In this document: one piece after another, positions 1-8,780 of the stretch
Layout: each line of letters opens with the position of its first letter
How positions within the stretch are numbered: the stretch's first letter is position 1
Assembly: GCA_963798925.1 (NCBI GenBank)
Contig: CAWCVD010000007.1
Span: 318,805 to 382,804, forward strand
Source: an uncultured Acidobacteriaceae bacterium
Lineage (GTDB): Bacteria > Acidobacteriota > Terriglobia > Terriglobales > Acidobacteriaceae
DNA: 64,000 nucleotides
Direction of reading: 5' to 3'
The notes under the pieces: model-generated
What the model was told of the DNA's origin: nothing
What the model saw: only the letters and a program-made list of their open reading frames with translations
Databases searched by the model: none
Translations under genes and position numbers: made by a program

Positions 1-612
1 ATTCGCTGCTCTTTCCTCAGTCCTCTATGCCCTGGGCCACAACCGAGTGCACACTTCACTTCCAACAGCTCCGGCGCCGCTCGTTCCGCCGACGCCACAT
101 CCGGAGCCACCCCCGACGACGACAAAGACGATCCCAACCAGATCGACACCATCGTCCTCGGTGATCCCGCCGACGCTCCCGTCCCCGCCCGCAAGGGCAA
201 CCACGTCAGCCCCGTTCATCCCACCTTCCTTGTTCGCCTGCCCCGCTACGGCGACCAGGTCGGCCTCATCCCCGACACCCCCGCCGGCCACCTTCTCTAC
301 GACTGGCTCGCCGCCTTCAACCAGGCAAGCTACCCCGCGCTTGGTAACGCTCTGCCGAATATCGCGTTGGCCTCCGCGGCCGCGTCACAGATGGAGCTCC
401 GGCAGGAGACCGGCGGCTTCAGTCTGCTCTCGGCCAAAGAGGTCCAGCCCGGTGTCCTCGTCTTCCGGCTCCGCGACCAGACACCCTCCGCAACTGAAGT
501 CCTCGGCACTCTACAGGTTCTTCCGAATTCCACCCCGGCCAAAATCGCGAGCTTCAGCCTCCGCGCTGTCCCCATACCCCGGCAGGACACCACCACGGAA
601 CCACCGCGATGA
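1..612 (+). CDS. 3' part of a CDS entering from the left edge (unknown product)
   Basis: Frame 1 is open from nt 1 to TGA at 610-612, with the C-ending codon bias of neighbouring + strand genes. The ORF track shows only its last 81 codons (367..612). The overlapping Pro-rich ORF 47..673 looks like a GC shadow frame. No family recognised. Confidence 0.5.
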   Translation: MRCSFLSPLCPGPQPSAHFTSNSSGAARSADATSGATPDDDKDDPNQIDTIVLGDPADAPVPARKGNHVSPVHPTFLVRLPRYGDQVGLIPDTPAGHLLYDWLAAFNQASYPALGNALPNIALASAAASQMELRQETGGFSLLSAKEVQPGVLVFRLRDQTPSATEVLGTLQVLPNSTPAKIASFSLRAVPIPRQDTTTEPPR

Positions 613-633
613 GTTTTTTCGACCACGATCCTT

Positions 634-1392
634 CTACATAGTCACGAGCTGCTGCCCGCCGTCGATATCGTAGGTTCCACCCGTGAGAGCCGTATTGGTC
701 ATGATGTGTATCGCAAGCGCGGCTACATCAGCAGGCTCAACCACACGCCGGATGGGAAGCATAGTCCGTAGCTGATTGCGACGCTCTTCGATCTTCTCTC
801 CAAGCAACCGCGCAGACAAAGGTGTATCCACAAAACCGGCAGCAATGACATTAACCCGAACAGGCGCCAGCTCGAGCGCAAGGTTCCTGGCCATCGCCGG
901 CAGAGCAGCCGTTACCGCCGAGATGAGGACCATTCCCGTCGCCACGCTACGGCCGCCTGTGCCACCGATGAAAAGAAGCGTTCCGCCCGGTCGTACTTTA
1001 TTTCGAGCGTTCCGCGCAATTTGAATAGGGAGCAACAGATGAGACTCGATATCCTGGCGAGCCCTCTCGAAATCGAAGTCTGCCAGCGGCGCATAATAAG
1101 GTCCCGGGCCAGTCACCAACACATGGTTCACCGGGGAGGGCAGGTCATCGAAAAACCTGTCGAGGAGCTTGAAGTCGGTAGCATCGAACGCGGCGGTACT
1201 GGTTGCGTCGACCTCTCTCGCAGTACGCTCGAGCGGTTCAGCATTTCGCCCTGTGAGAATCACCTTCGCGCCCTCAGCACGTGCTAGTCGGGCAGTTTCA
1301 AGACCAATGCCGGCGCTACCGCCGATCACGACAACGGTTTGGCCACGTAGCGCCGATCCGTACTGACCCTGAGAGGTAGTTTCGTTAATCAT
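634..1392 (-). CDS. short-chain dehydrogenase/reductase (SDR) family oxidoreductase
   Basis: ORF 634..1425. Rossmann motif VIGGSAGIGLETA and SDR-like body (NVIAAGFVDTP). Start moved to the ATG at 1392 (MINETT) because GGAGG lies 4 nt upstream. Confidence 0.85.
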   Translation of the reverse strand: MINETTSQGQYGSALRGQTVVVIGGSAGIGLETARLARAEGAKVILTGRNAEPLERTAREVDATSTAAFDATDFKLLDRFFDDLPSPVNHVLVTGPGPYYAPLADFDFERARQDIESHLLLPIQIARNARNKVRPGGTLLFIGGTGGRSVATGMVLISAVTAALPAMARNLALELAPVRVNVIAAGFVDTPLSARLLGEKIEERRNQLRTMLPIRRVVEPADVAALAIHIMTNTALTGGTYDIDGGQQLVTM

Positions 1393-1509
1393 GGGTCCTC
1401 CGTAGCTTTGGCTGGCAAACGTCAACAGTCACGCCCAGCGACCGAATGAAGATGGCTTTGAGTAGGCTACTAGGGACTCCATCTCAGATGGGCCACCACA
1501 ACAGCGCCA

Positions 1510-2421
1510 TCATCCCCGCGCGTATTTGTTGAACCAGTCAATCGTGCGCTGCCACGCCAAATCGGCTGCAGCTTTGTTGTAGCGTTCCGGGGTCGCATCG
1601 CAATTGAAACCATGAACGGCGCCCGCGTAGATATAGCCTTCGTGCGGAACATTCGCCGCCGTCAGAGCCTTGTCGTACGCCGGCCAGGTCGCCGCCAGCC
1701 GCGTGTCGAGCTCCCCGTGATGAACCAGAATCGCCGCCTTTGATCTTCGGAATGTCATCCGTCGCTGGAGGACCCGCCATAGAACGGTGCCGCCGCCGCA
1801 AATCGGCTCCCAGCCGGACCGCCAGCATATTGGCGAGCCGCCCCCATAACAAAACCCAGTCGCAACGATCTTTCCCGTGCAGTCGGGCCGCGACTTCAGC
1901 CACACAGCCGCCGCCACCATATCTTCAGCTCATCTTGTTCCGTCGACCTTGGTGAACATCTGGCCGCCTTTGTAATCGTCGCCGGGAAAGCCCCCCAGCG
2001 AAGTCAGCCCATCCGGCGCAAACGCCATAAAGTTCGCAAGCGCGAACCGCCGTGCGATGTCTTCGATATGCGGGTTAAATCCCCGATTCTCGTGCACGAC
2101 AATAACGCCCGGCAACTTCGTCACCGTCTCAGACCGCGAGTCGGCGCTGACGGGTCGCACCAGATAACCTTTAATGCTTCCGTTGCCCTTCGGTGAAGGA
2201 ACGGTCTCGTACGTAGTCTTAATCCGGTCATCGGTCCGCGATACCTGCTGCCCCAGCGCGTAGTTGGGCATCAACGCCTCAATCATCGTCGACGCCGCCA
2301 GACCGCCCACTGCCAGTCGCTGGATACCGTTCATAAAAGCACGGCGGCTCATACCGCCATGAATGAACTTGTTGTAGAGTTCTACAGCTTCGGTTGGAAG
2401 TTTGGGTCTTGTCGATTCCAT
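1510..2421 (-). pseudogene. dienelactone hydrolase family gene with an in-frame stop and multiple frameshifts
   Basis: ORF 1930..2421 (signal-like N-terminus, VIVVHENRGFNPHIEDIARR) and ORF 1510..1920 (GFCYGGG nucleophile elbow, LVHHGELDTRL, AVHGF) are separated by an in-frame TGA at 1930-1932. Between GFCYGGG and KAAILVHHG, the family-like pieces ANMLAVRLGAD, AAAAPFYGG and PPATDDIPKIK lie in the other two frames (about 1740-1850). That implies about four compensating 1-nt indels. Confidence 0.65.
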
Positions 2422-2533
2422 GGGTTCACTCTCGACGGGATATTACCATCTCCCCTCGTTCTGGCAGTCCTGAGCTGTCATTTGGGGACTGGCTAGGCCA
2501 TTTCCAAAATTGGGTGCTCGATATAATTCCTGC

Positions 2534-3418
2534 ATGTACACGCCTCAGGCTGGAATCTTCGCTCTTGGAACGTCCTCTCATGCGTACCTCGAGTTCGACA
2601 TTCTGGACGCGAAGAAATCCAAGGAGTTTGCCTCGACCATCTCCGCTATCCGCGAACCACGGACCACCACCGGAGGAGTGAACTTCGTGATCGGCTTTCG
2701 GCCTGAACTCTGGCGCGATATTGTTCCAGACGACGCCCCTCCGGACGTCGAGGGCTTCAACAAAGAGATCCAGGGTACAGAGGGATTCGCTATGCCGGCC
2801 ACGCAACATGATGCGTTGGTATGGCTCTCCGGCAGTGCGTACGACGTGATCTTCGATATGGCCCGCTCGGTCATCCATGACCTCACAAGGCAGGCCTCGC
2901 TAGGCGAAGAAACCTCGAGTTGGCCCTACCGGCACGATCGCGATCTTACCGGCTTCGTCGACGGCTCGGAGAATCCCACGCTGCTCGACGCTCCCATGGC
3001 GGCCCTCCTGCCCGATGGAGTTCCCGGTGCCGCCGGCTCAGTCCTATTGCTTCAAAAGTGGAAGCACAAGACGGCTGAGTGGGAAGCTCTGCCGGTCGCT
3101 CAACAGGAGCGCATCATGGGACGCACCAAGCTCGACAGCATCGAACTCGAGAACAAACCAGCGGACTCGCATGTCGCTCGCACGGATCAGGACGAATTTG
3201 GCCACATCTTTCGTCGCAACATGCCCTACGGAAACATCGACGACCATGGCACCGTGTTTGTTGGATTCAGCGCCGACCAGAAATGCCTCTCCAGAATGCT
3301 CGATAGCATGGCGGGCCTGATCACCGGCACACGCGATGCGCTCACACGCTACACCGAGCCGTTGACCGGCTCCTATTATTTCGTGCCCTCCGTCGAGAGT
3401 CTGCGGCGCTTACGGTAA
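2534..3418 (+). CDS. DyP-type (dye-decolorizing) haem peroxidase, YfeX-like
   Basis: Within ORF 2510..3418. N-terminus MYTPQAGIF, GXXDG-type motif TGFVDGSENP, FRRNMPYG. Start chosen at ATG 2534. Confidence 0.85.
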   Translation: MYTPQAGIFALGTSSHAYLEFDILDAKKSKEFASTISAIREPRTTTGGVNFVIGFRPELWRDIVPDDAPPDVEGFNKEIQGTEGFAMPATQHDALVWLSGSAYDVIFDMARSVIHDLTRQASLGEETSSWPYRHDRDLTGFVDGSENPTLLDAPMAALLPDGVPGAAGSVLLLQKWKHKTAEWEALPVAQQERIMGRTKLDSIELENKPADSHVARTDQDEFGHIFRRNMPYGNIDDHGTVFVGFSADQKCLSRMLDSMAGLITGTRDALTRYTEPLTGSYYFVPSVESLRRLR

Positions 3419-3500
3419 GACGACCGCGCAAACGTTGCCGTTCTGGCCCTTAGAGCGAAGTCCGAAGAGCGAAGCGACGATATTATGTCTCTCTTGACAC

Positions 3501-3524
3501 AACCATAACCGAACGGTTATGGTT
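3501..3524. promoter_or_regulatory. perfect 11-bp inverted repeat (candidate ArsR-family operator) overlapping the arsR-like start codon
   Basis: AACCATAACCG-aa-CGGTTATGGTT at 3501-3524. A TTGACA hexamer sits just upstream at 3494-3499. The repeat covers the ATG at 3519. Confidence 0.55.
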
Positions 3525-3851
3525 TCGTATGTGAAGCCGACCATTGCCAATCACGTCTTCCGTGCTCTCGCCGACCCAACCCGCAGGGCCATCTTCGAGG
3601 AGCTGACCCGGCAGGGCGAACAGACTGTCCACGCATTGACTCGCTATGCGGGCGTGTCCCAGCCTGCTGTCTCAAAGCACCTCACCGTGCTGAAGCGGGC
3701 AAAGCTTGTACGGCATCGCCGCGAAGGCCGCGAAACTCACTATCGCGTGCAGCCCGATGCGCTGGCGCCGATGGTGGACTGGCTCAATCTCTACGGCGCC
3801 TTCTGGCACGACCGGTTTGACCGTCTTGAAGCCCTTTTGGAAAGGATGTAA
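3519..3851 (+). CDS. ArsR/SmtB family transcriptional regulator
   Basis: Winged-HTH signature FRALADPTRRAIFEEL...VSQPAVSKHLTVLKRAKLV. First gene of a tightly packed three-gene operon. Confidence 0.9.
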   Translation: MVSYVKPTIANHVFRALADPTRRAIFEELTRQGEQTVHALTRYAGVSQPAVSKHLTVLKRAKLVRHRREGRETHYRVQPDALAPMVDWLNLYGAFWHDRFDRLEALLERM

Positions 3852-3853
3852 CC

Positions 3854-4303
3854 ATGAGCACCGTGAGCAATCCAGCAGAAAGTGCCCGCACCCTTGTGGT
3901 CGAGAGAGTATTCCCACACCCGCCAGAGAAGCTGTGGCGAGCGCTCACAGAGAGCCCGCTCCTCGCGCAATGGATGATGAACAACGACTTCGAGCCGGTC
4001 GTCGGGCGGAGGTTCCAGTTCCGGGCCGACCCCGCGCCGAACTGGAACGGTGTCGTCGACTGCGAGGTGCTGATCGTCGACCCACTGCAACGCCTGTCCT
4101 ATAACTGGGGTGTTGGGGGAAGCGAAACCGGGCTTCAATGGGTGGTGCTCTGGACGCTGACTCCAGCCGACGGTGGTACCCACGTTCGAATGGAACAATC
4201 CGGCTTTGGTCCCGATCAGAAGGCAGCTTATCAGGGCGCAAAGTACGGCTGGCAGAAATTCTTCGGCGGTCTGGAGCAAGTTCTTGGCGGAGGCGCAATA
4301 TGA
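3854..4303 (+). CDS. SRPBCC / AHSA1 (Aha1-like) domain protein
   Basis: RVFPHPPEKLWRALTESPLLAQWM..., typical of the Aha1/SRPBCC proteins that often follow ArsR regulators. Starts 2 nt after the arsR-like stop. Confidence 0.8.
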   Translation: MSTVSNPAESARTLVVERVFPHPPEKLWRALTESPLLAQWMMNNDFEPVVGRRFQFRADPAPNWNGVVDCEVLIVDPLQRLSYNWGVGGSETGLQWVVLWTLTPADGGTHVRMEQSGFGPDQKAAYQGAKYGWQKFFGGLEQVLGGGAI

Positions 4304-4698
4304 AGGCCTCCAAGGGACTGGTCGTGGGTTTCTGGATCTTCACTACGCTCTTCTGCCTAGAGATGATTTTCACCGCCTACTACGAGCTATTACGCCTGCC
4401 CGAGGCGGCGCAGGCGTTCAATCGTCTCGGCTTCTCCGCCAACTCCTTCCGGGTGGAGCTTTCATGGGCCAAGGTAGCGGGTGTGGTCGCACTGCTCGTC
4501 CCCATGGTGCCGGCGCGGCTAAAAGAGTGGGCCCACGCCGGCTTCGCCATCAACCTCGTATCGGCGCTCATCGCCCACCTCTCGATTGGCGATCGCCCGG
4601 CGGCATTGGTCCCGTCGGCAACCACAAGCGTGCTCTGGGGATTCTCGTACTTCTTCTGGCGACGGTTGCAGGCCGTCGGTTCGGCTGCGGTTACGTAG
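4300..4698 (+). CDS. DoxX-like small integral membrane protein
   Basis: In ORF 4138..4698, taking the ATG at 4300 (MKASKGLVVGFWIF). ATGA overlap with the upstream stop. Four hydrophobic segments. Confidence 0.7.
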   Translation: MKASKGLVVGFWIFTTLFCLEMIFTAYYELLRLPEAAQAFNRLGFSANSFRVELSWAKVAGVVALLVPMVPARLKEWAHAGFAINLVSALIAHLSIGDRPAALVPSATTSVLWGFSYFFWRRLQAVGSAAVT

Positions 4699-4803
4699 AC
4701 GCTCTCAAACGTCACCTCGACTGCATGGGTCATCACTAACGAAAAAGGAAGCCAAGGAAAAGACGACGCGGCTCCAACCGCCAACGTGACAAAGGAGAAA
4801 CGA

Positions 4804-5196
4804 ATGAAAATCAAATTGACCAGCGCATATGTGGACGATCAGGAGAAGGCCCTACGTTTCTATACCGAAGTACTGGGCTTCGTGAAGAAGACCGATTTCA
4901 GCCAGGGCCCGTATCGATGGCTCACCGTGGCATCGCCGGAGGACCCGGACGGCACGGAGCTGCAACTGGCGCTCAATAACAACCCGGCGGCCAAAGCCTA
5001 CCAGCAGGCCTTGTTTCAGCAAGGCCAGCCCGCGGCCATGTTCTTCACCGACGACGTGCAGGCCGATTACGAACGTATGAAAGCGCGTGGCGCGGAGTTC
5101 ACCATGCCACCAACAGATGTGACGGCCTCCAAGATCGCCATGCTGAACGACACCTGCGGTAATCTCATTCAGGTCACGCAACTGATGCACTGGTAG
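4804..5196 (+). CDS. VOC (glyoxalase/bleomycin-resistance/dioxygenase) family protein
   Basis: MKIKLTSAYVDDQEKALRFYTEVLGF... is typical of the VOC fold. AGGAG lies 6 nt upstream of ATG 4804 (ORF track start 4786). Confidence 0.8.
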   Translation: MKIKLTSAYVDDQEKALRFYTEVLGFVKKTDFSQGPYRWLTVASPEDPDGTELQLALNNNPAAKAYQQALFQQGQPAAMFFTDDVQADYERMKARGAEFTMPPTDVTASKIAMLNDTCGNLIQVTQLMHW

Positions 5197-5418
5197 GCGC
5201 TGAGCTGATCTCGATTGTCCCTAAGCCGGTTATGCTTCAACTTTCCCGACATTCCGAGGCAGTGGGCTTCATCCTGACAGGGGTACACCCGATTCGATGA
5301 TCAACGAACTACCGTGCTTCGGAGTCACGGGAATGACCGTCCAGCCCAGCAGGATTATGGCAGAAGTTGCAGCCTGCGCCGAGCGCAACTAAATTAGGTG
5401 GGAGAGTTGGAGCTATAC

Positions 5419-5871
5419 ATGAAAAGGACCGTCTCGGTGGAATCTGCCTCCGCGTTCATCGACGCGAGGATCAACGAACTTGGGGACTGGCGCGGGAAGA
5501 TGCTCGCGAAAGTGCGCGCAATCATCCACAAGGCAGACCCTGAGATCGTCGAAGAGTGGAAATTTATGGGGACTCCCGTCTTCTCCCGCGGCGGCATCGT
5601 CTGCACGGGAGAGACGTACAAGAACGCCGTCAAGATGACATTTGCCAAGGGAGCTGCGTTGAAAGACCCTTCAGGTCTATTCAACTCCAGCCTCGACGGA
5701 AATCTCAGGCGCGCCATCGACATCCACGAAGGAGACAAGGTCGATGAGGCGGCCTTGAAGGATCTCATCCGCGCTGCAGTCGCGCTCAATCTCAACCTCA
5801 ACGCCAAAAGCAAGAGCAACTCGAAGCTCAAGCCGAAGCCCCGGCCAGCAAGTAGCAAGCGGGCCAACTAG
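5419..5871 (+). CDS. DUF1801 (YdhG-like) domain protein with Lys-rich tail
   Basis: IDARINELGDWRGKMLAKVRAIIHKADPEIVEEWKFMGTPVF resembles DUF1801 proteins. ATG at 5419 inside ORF 5398..5871. Confidence 0.7.
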   Translation: MKRTVSVESASAFIDARINELGDWRGKMLAKVRAIIHKADPEIVEEWKFMGTPVFSRGGIVCTGETYKNAVKMTFAKGAALKDPSGLFNSSLDGNLRRAIDIHEGDKVDEAALKDLIRAAVALNLNLNAKSKSNSKLKPKPRPASSKRAN

Positions 5872-6106
5872 CTTCATCGCAGGTCGCGGCCCTATTTCCT
5901 CCCGAAGGGAAGAGCTTTGCTGTCCTTCTGGGAGTCCGAAAGATTCCCGGAGCGATCGCGATTCTTCTCGCGCGCATTGTTAAAGGAGCGGGGCCTACGC
6001 CGGGATTTTCCTTGATCTGGCGGGAGCGGCTGCCAGAATCGACTGATTATTGCCGTAGCTTTTCATACCGTCTCGCGACTCAACGCGCCTAGTGTAGCCT
6101 TAGCAT

Positions 6107-6310
6107 GTGAGCCAGGAGAACCTTAAGCAACGACTAGCCTACTTCGAGGAGAGACTCGAAGAAGCGAAGCGCAGGAACGCCGCGAAAGAACCTCATCCGC
6201 GTTCGTTCGATGCCGGCTATACCACCGAAACCTTCAAAACCTGGGTCGAATCGATCGCCGTGATCAACGAACGCATCGCCGGCATCAAAGCTCAACTCAA
6301 AGCAGACTGA
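6107..6310 (+). CDS. hypothetical small protein (coiled-coil-like)
   Basis: 67-codon ORF with a GTG start. Codon bias is compatible with neighbours. No family recognised. Confidence 0.3.
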   Translation: MSQENLKQRLAYFEERLEEAKRRNAAKEPHPRSFDAGYTTETFKTWVESIAVINERIAGIKAQLKAD

Positions 6311-6667
6311 TCCTCATCGGCCATCACCGCCAGCGGCTTCGAGAGAACGGCGAAGTCATGTGTCTCTCAGCTCGCCGACATTTGGTTCAGCGCATCACGA
6401 ACTGCGGTGGGAGGGATCTTCAATACCCCACTGAACGGCGAGTACATCGACATGATGATGAAGATTCGCAGCGGATACCAGGGAGCTCACCACCAAAGCA
6501 TGTATACGCTCCTAGGCTACTGAAATTGCTGCCGTCTTTGTAACTCCTAAAAATTAATAGTCAGTCAGGAAAAAATCCTTCGCACTGTCGACTACCCAAA
6601 AATCCATTACACAACTATTACCAAACACCCTCGCATATCTCGATCAGTGGGAGTCCAATCGAGATAT

Positions 6668-7537
6668 ATGAATTCACCGAGACTGTTTGGACACGATCGC
6701 ACCTTTACCCAGCCCATCGTCTGGGTAACGCTTCTCATCATGATCGCGTTCCATCTCGGCGCCATCGCCGCGCTCTTCATGTTTAGTTGGAAACCCTTCC
6801 TCGTCGCCATTCTTCTGTGGTGGATCGCTGGAGGCTTTGGAATAGGTATGGGCTACCATCGCCTCCTCACCCATCGCGGCTACAAGACATCCAAATGGAT
6901 GGAGTATCTCCTCACCATCTGCGCGACCCTCACCCTCGAAGGCGGACCCATCTTCTGGGTCGCGACCCACCGCCAGCATCATCAAAACACCGACAAGGAA
7001 GGAGACCCGCACTCTCCCAACGAAGGCGGTCTGTGGGCTCACGTGGGCTGGCTCGTGACCGGCACGACGATGCACAACGATGCCGACAATCTCCTCCCCT
7101 ACGTCCCCGAACTCCGCAAAGACAAATTTCACGTCTGGATCAGTAAGTGGCACTGGATCCCAATCACCACACTGGGCCTGCTTCTTCTGGCCTTCGGAGG
7201 GTGGCCCTATCTCTTCTGGGGCATCTTCTTCCGCACCGTCCTCGGCCTTCACTCCACCTGGTTGGTCAACTCCGCCACCCACATGTGGGGCTCGCGTAGG
7301 TTCGCCACTTCAGACACCTCTCGCAACAGTTTTTGGGTAGCTCTCCTCACCTTCGGCGAGGGCTGGCACAACAACCACCACGCCCATCCCCAATCATCTC
7401 GCCACGGCCTGGCCTGGTACGAGTTCGACCCCAACTGGTACGGGATCTCCGTTCTCCGCCTCCTCGGCCTTGCTTGGGACGTCAAAGCCCGCTCCCTCCA
7501 TCCAAAATCCGAACCTATGGTCACCGCCGGCCTTTGA
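6668..7537 (+). CDS. membrane acyl-CoA/acyl-lipid delta-9-type fatty acid desaturase
   Basis: Three histidine boxes (HRLLTH, HRQHH, HNNHH) and hydrophobic N-terminal helices. ATG 6668 within ORF 6647..7537. Confidence 0.9.
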   Translation: MNSPRLFGHDRTFTQPIVWVTLLIMIAFHLGAIAALFMFSWKPFLVAILLWWIAGGFGIGMGYHRLLTHRGYKTSKWMEYLLTICATLTLEGGPIFWVATHRQHHQNTDKEGDPHSPNEGGLWAHVGWLVTGTTMHNDADNLLPYVPELRKDKFHVWISKWHWIPITTLGLLLLAFGGWPYLFWGIFFRTVLGLHSTWLVNSATHMWGSRRFATSDTSRNSFWVALLTFGEGWHNNHHAHPQSSRHGLAWYEFDPNWYGISVLRLLGLAWDVKARSLHPKSEPMVTAGL

Positions 7538-7626
7538 CATAAAAATCAGAGGTTGCTCATACCACTGTCTCTCGAAATCAGCGCTAAGCCGAGGTCCGCT
7601 GAATTCCGTGTGATAAAGGGTGGCGT

Positions 7627-7866
7627 ATGAGAGCGAACACAATAATCGCTGCTTGTGTGTTGGCCCTCAGCTCGACATTCAGCTCGGGCACAGTCGGCTA
7701 TGAAAATTGGTCGAACGGGGTCTTGTATATAGGGCAGGTCCCACTCTTCACCGTGCCCGAGCTCAACTCCTCCTCCCATGGGTGCAAGATGTTTGTCGAT
7801 GACAAGTACGTCCTCATGACCGCCGGAAATATCAGCGCGCCCTACTACCACAAATCTAGACCGTAG
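7627..7866 (+). CDS. hypothetical small secreted protein
   Basis: 79-codon ORF with a signal-like N-terminus MRANTIIAACVLALSSTFSSG. Lower GC than neighbours. No family recognised. Confidence 0.25.
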   Translation: MRANTIIAACVLALSSTFSSGTVGYENWSNGVLYIGQVPLFTVPELNSSSHGCKMFVDDKYVLMTAGNISAPYYHKSRP

Positions 7867-7982
7867 CTCCGCCCTTCACGATCTTCCGGCTCAGTCCAAG
7901 TGGAGGAAGTTCCTGGGCCGGAGACGCCGCCATCTGCGCGGACCAATCCCATCTCACACCGAACTATTAGCGCGGCGTAATC

Positions 7983-7999
7983 TTAAGATTTCGTTAAGC
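7983..7999 (+). promoter_or_regulatory. direct hexamer repeat with 11-bp phasing (candidate OmpR-family box) upstream of the response regulator
   Basis: TTAAGA (7983-7988) and TTAAGC (7994-7999), embedded in the palindrome AATCTTAAGATT (7979-7990), about 80 nt upstream of ATG 8079. Confidence 0.2.
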
Positions 8000-8078
8000 A
8001 GATCACTGCACCTTCGATCTGTGCGAGACTTAGGGCCGATGGCATGAATGATGCCCGTCTGGTTCTGAGGCAGCGCCG

Positions 8079-8780
8079 ATGGAAAGTGCGGAGAAGCAAG
8101 CGCAATTATCGCTGTTGCTCGTCGATGACGACAAAGAGCTTTGCGCGATGATGAAGGAGTTTTTTGCCGAGGCAGGCCATCGACTGGATTGCGAGTACGA
8201 TGGCAGGCGAGGCCTCGCCTGTGCAGCCAGCGGAACCTATGATCTGGTGATTCTCGACGTCATGCTCCCTGCCATAGATGGCTTCGCCGTGCTGCAACAT
8301 TTGCGTCGCCGGAACGACCTCCCCGTGATCATTTTGACCGCGCGCGTTCAACACCAGGACAGGATTCTCGGGTTGAATGCGGGGGCGGACGACTATCTCT
8401 CAAAGCCATTCGATCCGGATGAGCTTTTGGCGCGCATCCGCGCCGTATTGCGTCGCACCGAAACCGCAAGCTGGAAAAGCCGCAACGAAGTAACCATCGG
8501 TGACATTCGAATCAACGCCGCCACGCGCGAACTTTGGATCGCAGGTTCGCCCGCGGAACTCACACAAATGGAATTCGATCTGCTCCAATTACTGATGCGC
8601 TCTGCAGGACGCGTCGTCTCCCGAGACGAAATCACCTTGGCCCTCTTTGAGCGCCAGGCAGCGCCATACGATCGTATCCTCGACGTTCACATAAGCCATC
8701 TGCGCAGAAAGCTAAAAGCCGGTCGAAATCTCATTCGAACGATTCGGGGAGTCGGTTATGTCTTTGCCGGAGCGGCTTAA
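8079..8780 (+). CDS. OmpR/PhoB-family response regulator (CpxR-like)
   Basis: Receiver domain (LLLVDDD, DLVILDVMLP, KPF) plus a winged-helix output (RGVGYVF). Confidence 0.9.
   Translation: MESAEKQAQLSLLLVDDDKELCAMMKEFFAEAGHRLDCEYDGRRGLACAASGTYDLVILDVMLPAIDGFAVLQHLRRRNDLPVIILTARVQHQDRILGLNAGADDYLSKPFDPDELLARIRAVLRRTETASWKSRNEVTIGDIRINAATRELWIAGSPAELTQMEFDLLQLLMRSAGRVVSRDEITLALFERQAAPYDRILDVHISHLRRKLKAGRNLIRTIRGVGYVFAGAA

Noticed and set aside
47-673. 208-aa Pro/Ser/Thr-rich ORF at the left edge
   Set aside because: It is an alternative frame of the real frame-1 CDS (1..612). It runs into the convergent SDR gene and is low complexity.
1930-1932. In-frame TGA in the hydrolase as selenocysteine or readthrough
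   Set aside because: The position is not a catalytic Cys site, no SECIS-like hairpin is evident downstream, and the gene also has several frameshifts. Decay is the simpler explanation.
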